Assembly: GCF_046119375.1 (NCBI RefSeq)
Contig: NW_027362773.1
Location: forward strand, 168,826,001 to 168,890,000
Direction: 5' to 3'
Origin: Phyllobates terribilis
Taxonomy: Eukaryota
DNA length: 64,000 nt
Within the stretch, counting starts at the first letter, position 1; each line of letters begins with the position of its first letter. Positions 33,935 to 44,832 of the stretch are shown in pieces. Below the pieces are notes generated by a model. That model searched no databases, was not told where the DNA came from, and worked only from the letters and a program-made list of their open reading frames with translations. The position numbers and the translations under genes are program-made.

Positions 33935-34427
33935 GGCGGTGTTATACAGAGGGGGTGGGGGCAGGTTATACAGGGTGGGGACAGGTTATACAGAGGAGTG
34001 GGTGCAGGTTATACAGGGGGGGGACAGGTTATACAGGGGTGGGGGTTATACAGAGGTGTGGGGGTTATACAGAGGAGTGAAGGCGGGTTATACAGGGGGC
34101 TGGGGTTATACAGAGGGGTGGGGGCGGTTATGGCGGGGTGGAGGCACCATGTTATACAGAGGGGCGGAGTTATACAGAGGGGTAAGGGTGGGGTTATGCT
34201 GTGGGGTGGGGTTATACAGAGAGGTGGGGGCGGTTATGGTGGGGTGGAGGCACCATGTTATACAGAGGGGTTGGGGCAGGTTATACAGAGGGGTGGGGGC
34301 GGTTATGGTGGGGTGGAGGCACCATGTTATACAGTGGTTGGGGCGTGGTTATACCGAGGGGCTGGGTTATACAAAGGGATGAGGTTATACAGAGGGGCGG
34401 CATTATACAAAGGGGTGGGGTTATACG
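33935..34427. repeat. Degenerate G-rich repeat with GGTTATACAGAGGGG core
   Basis: Recurrent core with variable G-rich spacers. Confidence 0.88.
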
Positions 34428-34497
34428 GATCTGAGCAGTCAGAGAACAGATAGCTCTGCAGCACAAATAACCGCAACCCAGGAAGTGACCCGACAGT

Positions 34498-36655
34498 GCA
34501 CTCGGGGGGTCTCGGCACCCCACATCGGGCTGCACTGGGGGATCTCTGCCCCCACATCGGGCTGCTCTCGGGGGGGGTCTCTGCCCTCACATCGGACTGC
34601 ACTCGGGGGGGGTCTCTGCCCCCACATCGGGCTGCTCTCGGGGGGTCTCTGCCCCCACGTGGGGCTGCTCTCGGGGGGTCTCTGCCCCCACGTCGAGCTG
34701 CTCTCGGGGAGACTCAGCCCCCACGTCGGGCTGCTCTCGGGGAGTCTCAGCCCCCACATCGGGCTGCTCTCGGGGAGTCTCAGCCCCCACATTGGCTGCT
34801 CTTGGGGGATCTCTGCCCCCACATTGCGCTGCTCTTGGGGGAGGTCTCTACCCCCACATTGGCTGCTCTCGGGGGGGGGTCTCTGCTCCCACATCGGGCT
34901 GCTCTCAGGGGTCTCTGCTCCCACATCGAGCTGCTCTCGGGGGTCTCTGCCCCCACATTAGGCTGCTCTTGGGGGGGGTCTCTGCCCCCACATTGGGCTG
35001 CTCTCGGGGGGTCTCTGCTCCCACATTGGGCTGCTCTCGGGGGTCTCTGCCCCCACATTAGGCTGCTCTTGGAGGGGTCTCTGCCCCCACATTAGGCTGC
35101 TCTTGGGGGGGTCTCTGCCCCCACATTGGGCTGCTCTCGGGGGGGGGTCTCTGCTCCCACATTGGGCTGCTCTCGGGGGGGTCTCTGCTCCCACATCGGG
35201 CTGCTCTCTGCCCCCACATTGGGCTGCTCTTGGGGGTCTCTGCCCCCACATTGGGCTGCTCTCGGGGGTTCTCAGCTCCCACATTGGGCTGCTCTCGGGG
35301 GGTCTCTGCCCCCACAATGGGCTGCTCTCAGGGGGTCTCTGCCCCCACATTGGGCTGCTCTCGGGGTCTCTGCCCCCACATTGGGCTGCTCTCAGGGGGT
35401 CTCTGCTGCCACATTGGGCTGTTCTCGGGAGGTCTCTGCTCCCACATTGTGCTGCTCTCGGGGGTCTCTGCCCCCACATCGGGCTGCTCTCGGGGAGTCT
35501 CAGCCCCCACATCGGGCTGCTCTGTGCCCCCACATTGGCTGCTCTCGGGGAGTCTCAGCCCCCACATCGGGCTGCTCTTGGCGGAGGTCTCTGCTCCCAC
35601 ATTGGGCTGCTCTTGGGGGATCTCTGCCCCCACATTGCGCTGCTCTTGGGGGAGGTCTCTACCCCCACATTGGCTGCTCTCGGGGGGGGGGGTCTCTGCT
35701 CCCACATCGGGCTGCTCTCAGGGGTCTCTGCTCCCACATCGGGCTGCTCTCGGGGGTCTCTGCCCCCACATTAGGCTGCTCTTGTGGGGGTCTCTGCCCC
35801 CACATTGGGCTGATCTCGGGGTCTCTGTCCCCACATTGGGCTGCTCTCAGGGGGTCTCTGCTGCCACATTGGGCTGTTCTCGGGGGGTCTGCCACATTGG
35901 GCTGTTCTCGGGGGGTCTCTGCTCCCACATTGTGCTGCTCTCGGGGGTCTCTGCCCCCACATCGGGCTGCTCTCGGGGAGTCTCAGCCCCCACATCGGGC
36001 TGCTCTTGGCAGAGGTCTCTGCTCCCACATTGGGCTGCTCTTGGGGGAGCTCTGCCCCCACATTGCGCTGCTCTTGGGGGAGGTCTCTACCCCCACATTG
36101 GCTGCTCTCGGGGGGGGTCTCTGCTCCCACATCGGGCTGCTCTCAGGGGTCTCTGCTCCCACATCGGGCTGCTCTCGGGGGTCTCTGCCCCCACATTAGG
36201 CTCCTCTTGGGGGGGTCTCTGCCCCCACATTGGGCTGCTCTCGGGGGGTCTCTACTCCCACATTGGGCTGCTCTCGGGGGTCTCTGCCCCCACATCAGGC
36301 TGCTCTCTGCCCCCACATTAGGCTGCTCTCGGGGGTCTCTGCCTCCACATTAGGCTGCTCTTGGAGGGGTCTCTGCCCCCACATTAGGCTTCTCTTGGGG
36401 GGGGTCTCTGCCCCCACATTGGGCTGCTCTCGGGGGGTCTCTGCCCCCACATTGGGCTGCTCTCGGGGGGTCTCTGCTGCCATATTGGGCTGCTCTCAGG
36501 GGGTCTCTGCTCCCACATCGGGCTGCTCTCAGGGGGGTCTCTGCCCCACATCGGGCTGCTCTCGGGGGTCTCTGCCCCACATCGGACTGCTCTCGGGGGT
36601 CTCTGCCCCCACATCGGGCTGCTCTCGAGGGGGTCTCTGCCCCCACATCGGGCTT
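34498..36655. repeat. ~32-35-bp minisatellite GGGCTGCTCTCGGGGGGTCTCTGCCCCCACAT(T/C), ~65 copies
   Basis: Direct inspection; G-run length varies. Confidence 0.97.
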
Positions 36656-37017
36656 CTCTCAGATGGGGCTGCAAAAACCTGGAGAGAGAATCCCCTTTAA
36701 AGTGGTTGTACATAGTTGTGGCTAGCTCTCCACTCATGATGTCCATGTAGTCCTCTGCAGCAGCTTTCAGGACATTCTGGGAGTTCAGCAGCAGCTGCAG
36801 AGCCGCCATTACTGATCGTTGAGGTTATACAGTCAGACGCTGCTTTGCTTGTGTGAGCACAGACACAGGCGGCAGCTCCGTTGTGAGCGGGACATCATGT
36901 GAACGAGGATATGGTGGGAAATTACTATGTGAGCGGCGGTCTCCTGCTCCTCACGTTGTGACACGTCACGCTCAACTGAAATGAGAAAAACTTGACAGTA
37001 GGGAAACGTTAGTGGCA

Positions 37018-37422
37018 CAGTCCCCGTTCCCTGGGTGGAGGCGTTACGCTGTCCCCGTTCCCTGGGTGGAGGCGTTACTCTGTCCCCGTTCCCCGGGGTG
37101 GAGGCATTACGCTGTCCCCGTTCCCTGGGTGGAGGCGTTACTCTGTCCCCGTTCCCTGGGTGGAGGCGTTACTCTGTCCCCGTTCCCTGGGTGGAGGCGT
37201 TACTCTGTCCCCGTTCCCTGGGTGGAGGCGTTATTCTGTCCCCATTCCCTGGGTGGAGGCGTTACGCTGTCCCCGTTCCCTGGGTGGAGGCGTTACGCTG
37301 TCCCCGTTCCCTGGGTGGAGGCGTTACGCTGTCCCCGTTCCCCGGGGTGGAGGCGTTACGGTGTCCCCGTTCCCCGGGGTGGAGGCGTTTCCCTGTCCCC
37401 GTTCCCTGGGTGGAGGCGTTAC
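37018..37422. repeat. 31-bp minisatellite GTCCCCGTTCCCTGGGTGGAGGCGTTACKCT
   Basis: Period 31 (37021, 37052...). Confidence 0.96.
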
Positions 37423-38560
37423 GCGGGCCCCGTTGGTTGTGAGCCGTAATGCGGGCCCCGTTGGTGGTGAGGCGTTACGCGGGCCCCGTTGGTGGTGAGG
37501 CGTTGCGCCGGCCCCGTTGGTGGTGAGGCGTTGCGTCGGCCCCGTTGGTGGTGAGGCGTTGCGTCGGCCCCGTTGGTGGTGAGGCGTTGCGCCGGCCCCG
37601 TTGGTGGTGAGGCGTTGCGCCGGCCCCGTTGGTGGTGAGGCGTTGCGCCGGCCCCGTTGGTGGTGAGGCGTTGCGCCGGCCCCGTTGGTGGTGAGGCGTT
37701 GCGCCGGCCCCGTTGGTGGTGAGGCGTTGTGCGGCCCCGTTGGTGGTGAGGCGTTGCGTCGGCCCCTTCGGTGGTGAGGCGTTGCGCGGCCCCGTTGGTG
37801 GTGAGGCGTTGCGTCGGCCCCTTCGGTGGTGAGGCGTTGCGCGGCCCCGTTGGTGGTGAGGCGTTGTGCCGGCCCCGTTGGTGGTGAGGCGTTGCGCCGG
37901 CCCCGTTGGTGGTGAGGCGTTGCGCCGGCCCCGTTGGTGGTGAGGCGTTGCGCCGGCCCCGTTGGTGGTGAGGCGTTGCGCCGGCCCCGTTGGTGGTGAG
38001 GCGTTGCGCCGGCCCCGTTGGTGGTGAGGCGTTGCGCGGGCCCCTTTGGTGGTGAGGCGTTGCGCGGGCCCCTTTGGTGGTGAGGCGTTACGCGGGCCCC
38101 GTTGGTGGTGAGGCGTTGCGCCGGCCCCGTTGGTGGTGAGGCGTTGCGCCGGCCCCGTTGGTGGTGAGGCGTTGCGCCGGCCCCGTTGGTGGTGAGGCGT
38201 TGCGCCGGCCCCATTGGTGGTGAGGCGTTGCGCCGGCCCCGTTGGTGGTGAGGCGTTGCGCCGGCCCCGTTGGTGGTGAGGCGTTGCGCGGGCCCCTTTG
38301 GTGGTGAGGCGTTGCGCGGGCCCCTTTGGTGGTGAGGCGGTACGCGGGCCCCGTTGGTGGTGAGGCGTTGCGCCGGCCCCATTGGTGGTGAGGCGTTACG
38401 CGGGCCCCGTTGGTGGTGAGGCGTTGCGCCGGCCCCGTTGGTGGTGAGGCGTTGCGCCGGCCCCGTTGGTGGTGAGGCGTTGCGCCGGCCCCGTTGGTGG
38501 TGAGGCGTTGCGCCGGCCCCATTGGTGGTGAGGCGTTGCGCCGGCCCCGTTGGTGGTGAG
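37423..38560. repeat. 28-bp minisatellite GGCCCCGTTGGTGGTGAGGCGTTGCGCC, ~40 copies
   Basis: Direct periodicity. Confidence 0.97.
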
Positions 38561-38741
38561 TCGAGCTCCGCTCCCTGGCGTTACAGGTGGATCATCTCTT
38601 AGCGGTCACATGTTTGCGCTCCCTGCCGCCATGTGTCAGTATTTGTACCATCACACGCTGCATGCACCAGTGGCTTCTTCGTATCTCGTCATCCTCATTC
38701 GTCTGTCGTCTCTCTTACAAGTTGTGTTTTCTGACCATCAG

Positions 38742-38810
38742 GTGACGGGGCGAGAATCCTACAAGGAACGATCTACGAAACCCGTGAAGATTGCTGAAAG
38801 TGACGTTGAT
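38742..38810 (+). CDS. PLEKHA7: PLEKHA7 exon (VTGRESYKERSTKPVKIAESDVD)
   Basis: ccatcag acceptor, GAT|gtaagt donor, 69 nt. Confidence 0.93.
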
Positions 38811-39315
38811 GTAAGTGAAGTGCTACAAAATAACAGCAAGAGCGGCGTCCAGCAGCCTCGACTGTCGGTGATGACGATCACATGGGGGAGGGGGAGCAAA
38901 ACGGACGATCAAATCCTGCAAAATATAACAGAAATGTGTTTGGTGTTACTTGAGCATCCATTGTTGTCGTGCATCGGGGCAAGTGAGCGATACACAAGGA
39001 GCATGGAACATGGCGGCTCCTGAATACGTCCTGGGGCCCATATCCCCAGCACAACCAGTAATGGTGTCTCTCTACTGCCTCCTGGCGCTCTTATGTGCAT
39101 TTCCCATTGTTCTCCCGCCTATTTCCTATCATTCGTGCTCTCTCGCCCAACTCCCGTTGCTCACGCTCTCTCACGTCAGTCTCTCATCTTTTTCCTGTCG
39201 CTCATTTCCTATGTCCCGTCACTTGCTCTTTCACCTACCTCCCGTCGCTCACGCATTCTCACCTACATCCCATCTGTTATGCTCTCTCGCCTACCTCCCG
39301 GGTCTCAGACTATCT

Positions 39316-40143
39316 TGCCCATCTCCGGTCGCTTCGGGCTCTCTTGCCCATCTCCGGTCGCTTCGGGCTCTCTTGTCCATCTCCGGTCGCTTCGGGCTCT
39401 CTTGTCCATCTCCGGTCGCTTCGGGCTCTCTTGTCCATCTCCGGTCGCTTCGGGCTCTCTTGTCCATCTCCGGTTTCTTCGGGCTCTCTTGCCCATCTCC
39501 GCTCGCTTCGGGCTCTCTTGCCCATCTCCGGTCGCTTCGAGCTCTCTTGCCCATCTCCGGTCTCTTCGGGCTCTCTTGCCCATCTCCGGTCACTTCGGGC
39601 TCTCTTGCCCATCTCCGGTCGCTTTGGGCTCTCTTGCCCATCTCCGGTCGCTTTGGGCTCTCTTGCCCATCTCCGGTCGCTTCGGGCTCTCTTGTCCATC
39701 TCCGGTCTCTTTGGGCTCTCTTGCCCATCTCCGGTCGCTTTGGGCTCTTTTGCCCATCTCTGGTCGCTTCGGGCTCTCTTGCCCATCTCCGGTCGCTTCG
39801 GGCTCTCTTGTCCATCTCCAGTCGCTTCGGGCTCTCTTGTCCATCTCCGGTCGCTTCGGGCTCTCTTGTCCATCTCCGGTCGCTTCGGGCTCTCTTGCCC
39901 ATCTCCGGTCGCTTCGGGCTCTCTTGTCCATCTCCGGTCGCTTCGGGCTCTCTTGTCCATCTCCGGTCGCTTCGGGCTCTCTTGTCCATCTCCGGTCGCT
40001 TCGGGCTCTCTTGCCCATCTCCGGTCGCTTTGGGCTCTCTTGTCCATCTCTGGTCGCTTCGGGCTCTCTTGCCCATCTCCGGTCTCTTTGGGCTCTCTTG
40101 CCCATCTCCGGTCTCTTTGGGCTCTTTTGCCCATCTCCGGTCG
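39316..40143. repeat. 29-bp pyrimidine-rich minisatellite GYCCATCTCCGGTCGCTTYGGGCTCTCTT, ~28 copies
   Basis: Direct periodicity. Confidence 0.98.
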
Positions 40144-40225
40144 CTCTCTCCTTTTTCACCTCTCACCTTTTTCCTTCTCTCTTGGATTCTTCAGTTGCTC
40201 TCATACGTCTGTTGGTCTCTTACAG

Positions 40226-40306
40226 GTGAAGCTTAGTGTCTTGTGTGAACAAGATCGGATTCTGCAAGACTTAGAAGACAAGATCCGTGCTCTGAAGGAC
40301 AATAAG
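40226..40306 (+). CDS. PLEKHA7: PLEKHA7 coiled-coil exon (VKLSVLCEQDRILQDLEDKIRALKDNK)
   Basis: ctcttacag acceptor, AAG|gtcagt donor, 81 nt. Confidence 0.95.
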
Positions 40307-41982
40307 GTCAGTGACTGCACCTCATTGCTTTGTTTCTCCACTAATCAGAAGGGCTGGGGCTTCTGTCATAACTTGTAACCTGGACAGATCCTCTGCTTTG
40401 CTCTGTGACCAGGGGGGTGGGACATCTGTTTTTTATCCCAGACCTCACGGTAGGGAAGCTTTAGTCTTTATCTGGGACCTCGGGGGAAGGAAGGGGTTTC
40501 TGTCTTTATCCGGGACCTTGGTGGAATGTATGTCTTTATCCCTGACATCTTTGGTGGGGACTTCTGTTTTCATCCTGGACCTTTGTCCTTTTTTTTCTTC
40601 ATTCCTGGCCTCAGGGGGCCTCATTCTTCATCCAGGGGGCTTCTGTCATGATCCTGGATCTAAATGGGACTTCTACTAATGAGGTGCACACTTTGGAGGC
40701 TTGGGTTTGAATCCCACTGTTGCCACCACTTGTAAAGATCTGAGATTGTGGGTTTCAATAATCACCTAGGCAGGTTAACTATGCAACGATATTTTATTCC
40801 TTACATCCATGGTAATTCAGCAATTTCAGGTAAATGTCCAAAATACAATTGTCTCAATCCACAAGATCCCCTCACCAGGGCAGTAGTTCCACTGCCTTTG
40901 TGCCAGTATAGTCTGTAGTCACAGTCTCCGATCCTCCAGACGACAGATAAAACGATGGAAGCACAGGTATCCAGTAGCAACAATCCTTTAAGAAAGTTTA
41001 AATCCAAACACCAGATCCCACAACGGTAGCATGTTTATTAAGTCCAGTCGGTAACTGATCTCCAACACTCCATATGCCATGCATCCATCCATCCTTCCAG
41101 GTCCTTAGTCTCGATCCTATTTCTTCAATTTCTTCCACACAACTTTCCACTAAAAATGTGGCTTCTTTTCTCCTTCCCTGGGATCAGCCCCCTGAATTAG
41201 AAGTGATCACACCCGCCCCCTTAAACATTTGCTTTTAGCTATAAGAGTGAAGGATATTTCAGGAGCCCATGACTGGTGAGACCCCCTGTGGTGACTGCTC
41301 CACTGCATCTACTGTTCCCATTCACACAATGGGACTAGTAGCTGTTAGAACAATGGTTTAAGACCCCTGAGATATTAATGAGATTAACAGAATTTACATT
41401 TACCTGCAATCTCTTATCAGGCCTTATGTATACATAACTTCCAGACAGCATGTCTTCATCTGCTGAATGGAAACATTGATTCCTGAGGCTGGACACTTTA
41501 CAAGTTAAATTAGCACACATAAACTGACGAGCAAGCAGAACATTAATAAAACACAGCAAGAAAATAACTAATAAAACACAACAATAATATCGACGGAACC
41601 AGTGCTCCGTGCTGGAAAAGTCTCATAGTCTTTAGTAAGTGGGCAACTCCTCACATGCACATTTGAAGTTCAGCATGAATAACTAATTTTTCAAGCATTG
41701 CTATAACCTGTGCTGGACAACAAGCCTATTTGTCTGGTCAGGGAGACCACTGCTGACGGCAGTCGCCGGTAGGAATGTGCTGGTGGTCTGAGCCGCCGGT
41801 GCACACTTGGCTTCAGACGAGGATGTACAATCTCCAGGAACGGCCTGAATACATCGGATCACGTTTCTTTTGTTGCTTTTTCTACTTTTTCATTCTTGTT
41901 ATTTGGCGAGAGACGCATCAGGAGACCGGTGGTCGCTGGAGATATTCTCTGACCCGACTCTCATCTTCATCTTAATTTACAG

Positions 41983-42132
41983 GACAAACTGGAAACCGTC
42001 CTGGAGGTTTTGCACAGACAGATGGATCAGTACAAGGATCAGCCGCAGCACACGGAGAAGATCTCCTACCAGCAGCGTCTCCTGCAGGAGGATTTAGTCC
42101 AGATCCGAGCCGAAATGTCCAAAGTCTCCACG
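41983..42132 (+). CDS. PLEKHA7: PLEKHA7 coiled-coil exon (DKLETVLEVLHRQMDQY...SKVST)
   Basis: aatttacag acceptor, ACG|gtgcgt donor, 150 nt. Confidence 0.95.
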
Positions 42133-42206
42133 GTGCGTGTTCTTACTTCTGTAAGTGCCCATTATGTGGACCCCGGAGCTAGCAATGACTTGTGCCTGTG
42201 CCGCAG

Positions 42207-42308
42207 GACATGGAGAACTCCTGGAACGAGTATTTACGTCTGGAGACGGATGTGATTCAGCTGAGACAGTGGTTGCAGGAACAGATGAAGCGCTCGCCGT
42301 CTTCTCAG
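42207..42308 (+). CDS. PLEKHA7: PLEKHA7 coiled-coil exon (DMENSWNEYLRLETDV...SPSSQ)
   Basis: ccgcag acceptor after a 74-nt intron, CAG|gtaatt donor, 102 nt. Confidence 0.95.
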
Positions 42309-42452
42309 GTAATTGTTCTTGGATGTTTTCCGTATTGTTGTGAAACGAGCCCAGAGGTCTGACGTCATTGTGCGCGCTGCGCCTGCCCTCGCCGGGTGTA
42401 GTTGTCCGCCTGTGCGCTCACTGATTGTGTGCTGATCTTATTATTGGATCAG

Positions 42453-42561
42453 GACAGGACTCAGCTGCAGAAGGATCTGTGGAGAATTGAGGATGTAACG
42501 GCCGGGCTCAGCTCCAATAAACTCAATTTCAAAATGTTGGTCGAATCATTCAAGAATCCAG
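42453..42561 (+). CDS. PLEKHA7: PLEKHA7 exon (DRTQLQKDLWRIEDVTAGLSSNK...KNP)
   Basis: ggatcag acceptor, CAG|gtaact donor, 109 nt, phase 0/1. Confidence 0.95.
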
Positions 42562-42626
42562 GTAACTTTCCATTGGGGTTAATAGGACAGCCGGGGCAGG
42601 TACGTGTCAGGCGAGGGTCTTCAGTG

Positions 42627-43825
42627 ATTGGGCGCGGTTGTCGGCTCCCGGCATTCGGGCGCAGTTGTCGGCTCCCGGCAGTCGGGCGCGGTTGTCGGCT
42701 CCCGGCAGTCGGGCGCGGTTGTCGGCTCCCGGCAGTCGGGCGCGGTTGTCGGCTCCCGGCTGCCAGGCACGGTTGTCGGCAGTCGGGCGCGGTTGTCGGC
42801 TCCCTGCAGTCGGGCGCGGTTGTCCGCTCTCAGCAGTCGGGCGTGGTTGTCGGCTCCCGGCAGTCGGGCGCGGTTGTCGGCTCCAGGCAGTCGGGCCCGG
42901 TTGTCGGCTCTCAGCAGTCAGGCGCGGTTGTCGGCTCTCAGCAGTCGGGCCCGGTTGTCCGCTCTCAGCAGTCGGGCCCGGTTGTCTGCTCCCGGCAGTC
43001 GGGCGCGGTTGTCGGCAGTCGGGCGCGGTTGTCGGCTCCAGGCAGTCGGACGCGGTTGTCGCCTCCCGGCAGTCGGGCCCGGTTGTCTGCTCTCAGCAGT
43101 CGGGCGCGGTTGTCCGCTCTCAGCAGTCGGGCGCGGTTGTCCGCTCTCAGCAGTCAGGCGCGGTTGTCGGCTCTCAGCAGTCGGGCGCGGTTGTCCGCTC
43201 TCAGCAGTCGGGCGCGGTTGTCGGCTCCCGGCAGTCGGGCGCGGTTGTCGGCTCCCGGCAGTCGGGCGCGGTTGTCGGCTCCAGGCAGTCGGGCGCGGTT
43301 GTTGGCTCCCGGCAGTCGGGCGCGGTTGTCCGCTCTCGGCAGTCGGGCCCGGTTGTCCGCTCTCAGCAGTCGGGCCCGGTTGTCTGCTCCCGGCAGTCGG
43401 GCGCGGTTGTCAGCTCCCGGCAGTCGGGCGCGGTTGTCGGCTCCAGGCAGTCGGGCGCGGCAGTCGGGCGCGGCTGTCGGCTCCCAGCAGTCGGGCGCGG
43501 CTGTCGGCTCCCGGCAGTCGGGCGCGGCTGTCGGCTCCCGGCAGTCGGGCGCGGCTGTCGGCTCCCGGCAGTCGGGCGCGGCTGTCGGCTCCCGGCAGTC
43601 GGGCGCGGCTGTCGGCTCCCGGCAGTCGGCTCCCGGCAGTCGGGCGCGGTTGTCGGCTCCCGGCAGTCGGGCGCGGTTGTCGGCTCCCGGCAGTCGGGCG
43701 CGGTTGTCGGCTCCCTGCAGTCGGGCGCGGTTGTCGGCTCCCTGCAGTCGGGCGCGGTTGTTGGCTCCCGGCAGTCGGGCGCGGTTGTCGGCTCCCGGCA
43801 GTCGGGCGCGGTTGTCGGCTCTCAG
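42627..43825. repeat. 27-bp CpG-rich minisatellite GGGCGCGGTTGTCGGCTCCCGGCAGTC, ~44 copies
   Basis: Direct periodicity. Confidence 0.98.
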
Positions 43826-43862
43826 CCATCTCCATTTTCTATGTAAAGCTTATTTCTTCTAG

Positions 43863-44104
43863 AAAGGAAAACTGTGCCTTTGGTCCCTTCCACATTTGTG
43901 CCTTCTGGAACTACGGCGTTTACATCCGTTCGCAGTAAATCGGCATCGCCTCATAACCCACCGAGTCTTGTGAAGCCGACACTAGAGGTGGGATTGTATC
44001 CTCAACCGTACTTCCAGGGTAGATCCCACTCACAGCCACAGCTGCTGCAGAAGCCAGAGCCACGTCTGCCGTCACCGACCAGGGCGCCATCACCACCAAA
44101 GTTT
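43863..44104 (+). CDS. PLEKHA7: PLEKHA7 Pro-rich exon (ERKTVPL...SPPKF)
   Basis: tttcttctag acceptor, TTT|gtgagt donor, 242 nt, phase 1/0. Confidence 0.9.
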
Positions 44105-44191
44105 GTGAGTAGTGCCAGAAAGCAAATAAGTGTGGGTTAGGGGGCTCCTACAGATGCGTCATTGACATATCACCCTCCTTTCTGTCATTAG

Positions 44192-44398
44192 GAGGAGAGT
44201 GCCCCTCCACGCCCACCGCTGCCCGACATGTACAGTCCTGAAGATGCAGACCTTTCCCCTGATATTCCACCTCCACCTGCGCTGCCTCCACCACCGAGAG
44301 AGTCCTCGGTCATCAGGCACACGTCCGTACGTGGCTTAAAGAGGCAGTCTGATGAGAGGAAGCGGGACCGGGAACTGGGCGCAAACGGAGACTACAGG
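44192..44398 (+). CDS. PLEKHA7: PLEKHA7 exon (EESAPPRPPLPDMYSPE...RHTSVRGLKRQSDERKRDRE...DYR)
   Basis: tcattag acceptor, AGG|gtaacg donor, 207 nt. Confidence 0.95.
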
Positions 44399-44473
44399 GT
44401 AACGTCGCCGCTGTCATGGGACCTGCCTTCATACGTAGGCGGCCATTATATTATGTCTCTATTCTGGTCACAG

Positions 44474-44588
44474 GTGGAGCTGCGAACCTACGTCAGCGAT
44501 CCAGAACTTGCTAATCTGGCCGATGCCAACACCTCAACCTCTGACTTCCAGAGCTCAGATCCCGGCTACCAGACATTGCCCACCAGAG
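44474..44588 (+). CDS. PLEKHA7: PLEKHA7 exon (VELRTYVSDPEL...YQTLPTR)
   Basis: gtcacag acceptor, GAG|gtgagt donor, 115 nt, phase 0/1. Confidence 0.94.
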
Positions 44589-44832
44589 GTGAGTGCTTCA
44601 GCCAATAGGAGACCACTTGTCGTGTCTTCTTACACCCCCTCTGTGGTCACCGTCACCTGTAAAATTGTTCCCCTGTCCTCATCAGTAGCTGTTATATATG
44701 ATGCAAGAGCTGGTGGATTAACAGCAGTGCCGCACATGTGCCCCCCTGTACCTGCCGAGTCTGTGACTATAACCCCACAATGTGAGGAGGGTGGTCCGCT
44801 AGTGTCTCAGCTTGTGCCCCTGAGCAGTCATG

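Noticed and set aside
39093-40378. Overlapping 190-430-aa ORFs on both strands
   Set aside because: 29-bp repeat artefacts; only 40226-40306 is a real exon
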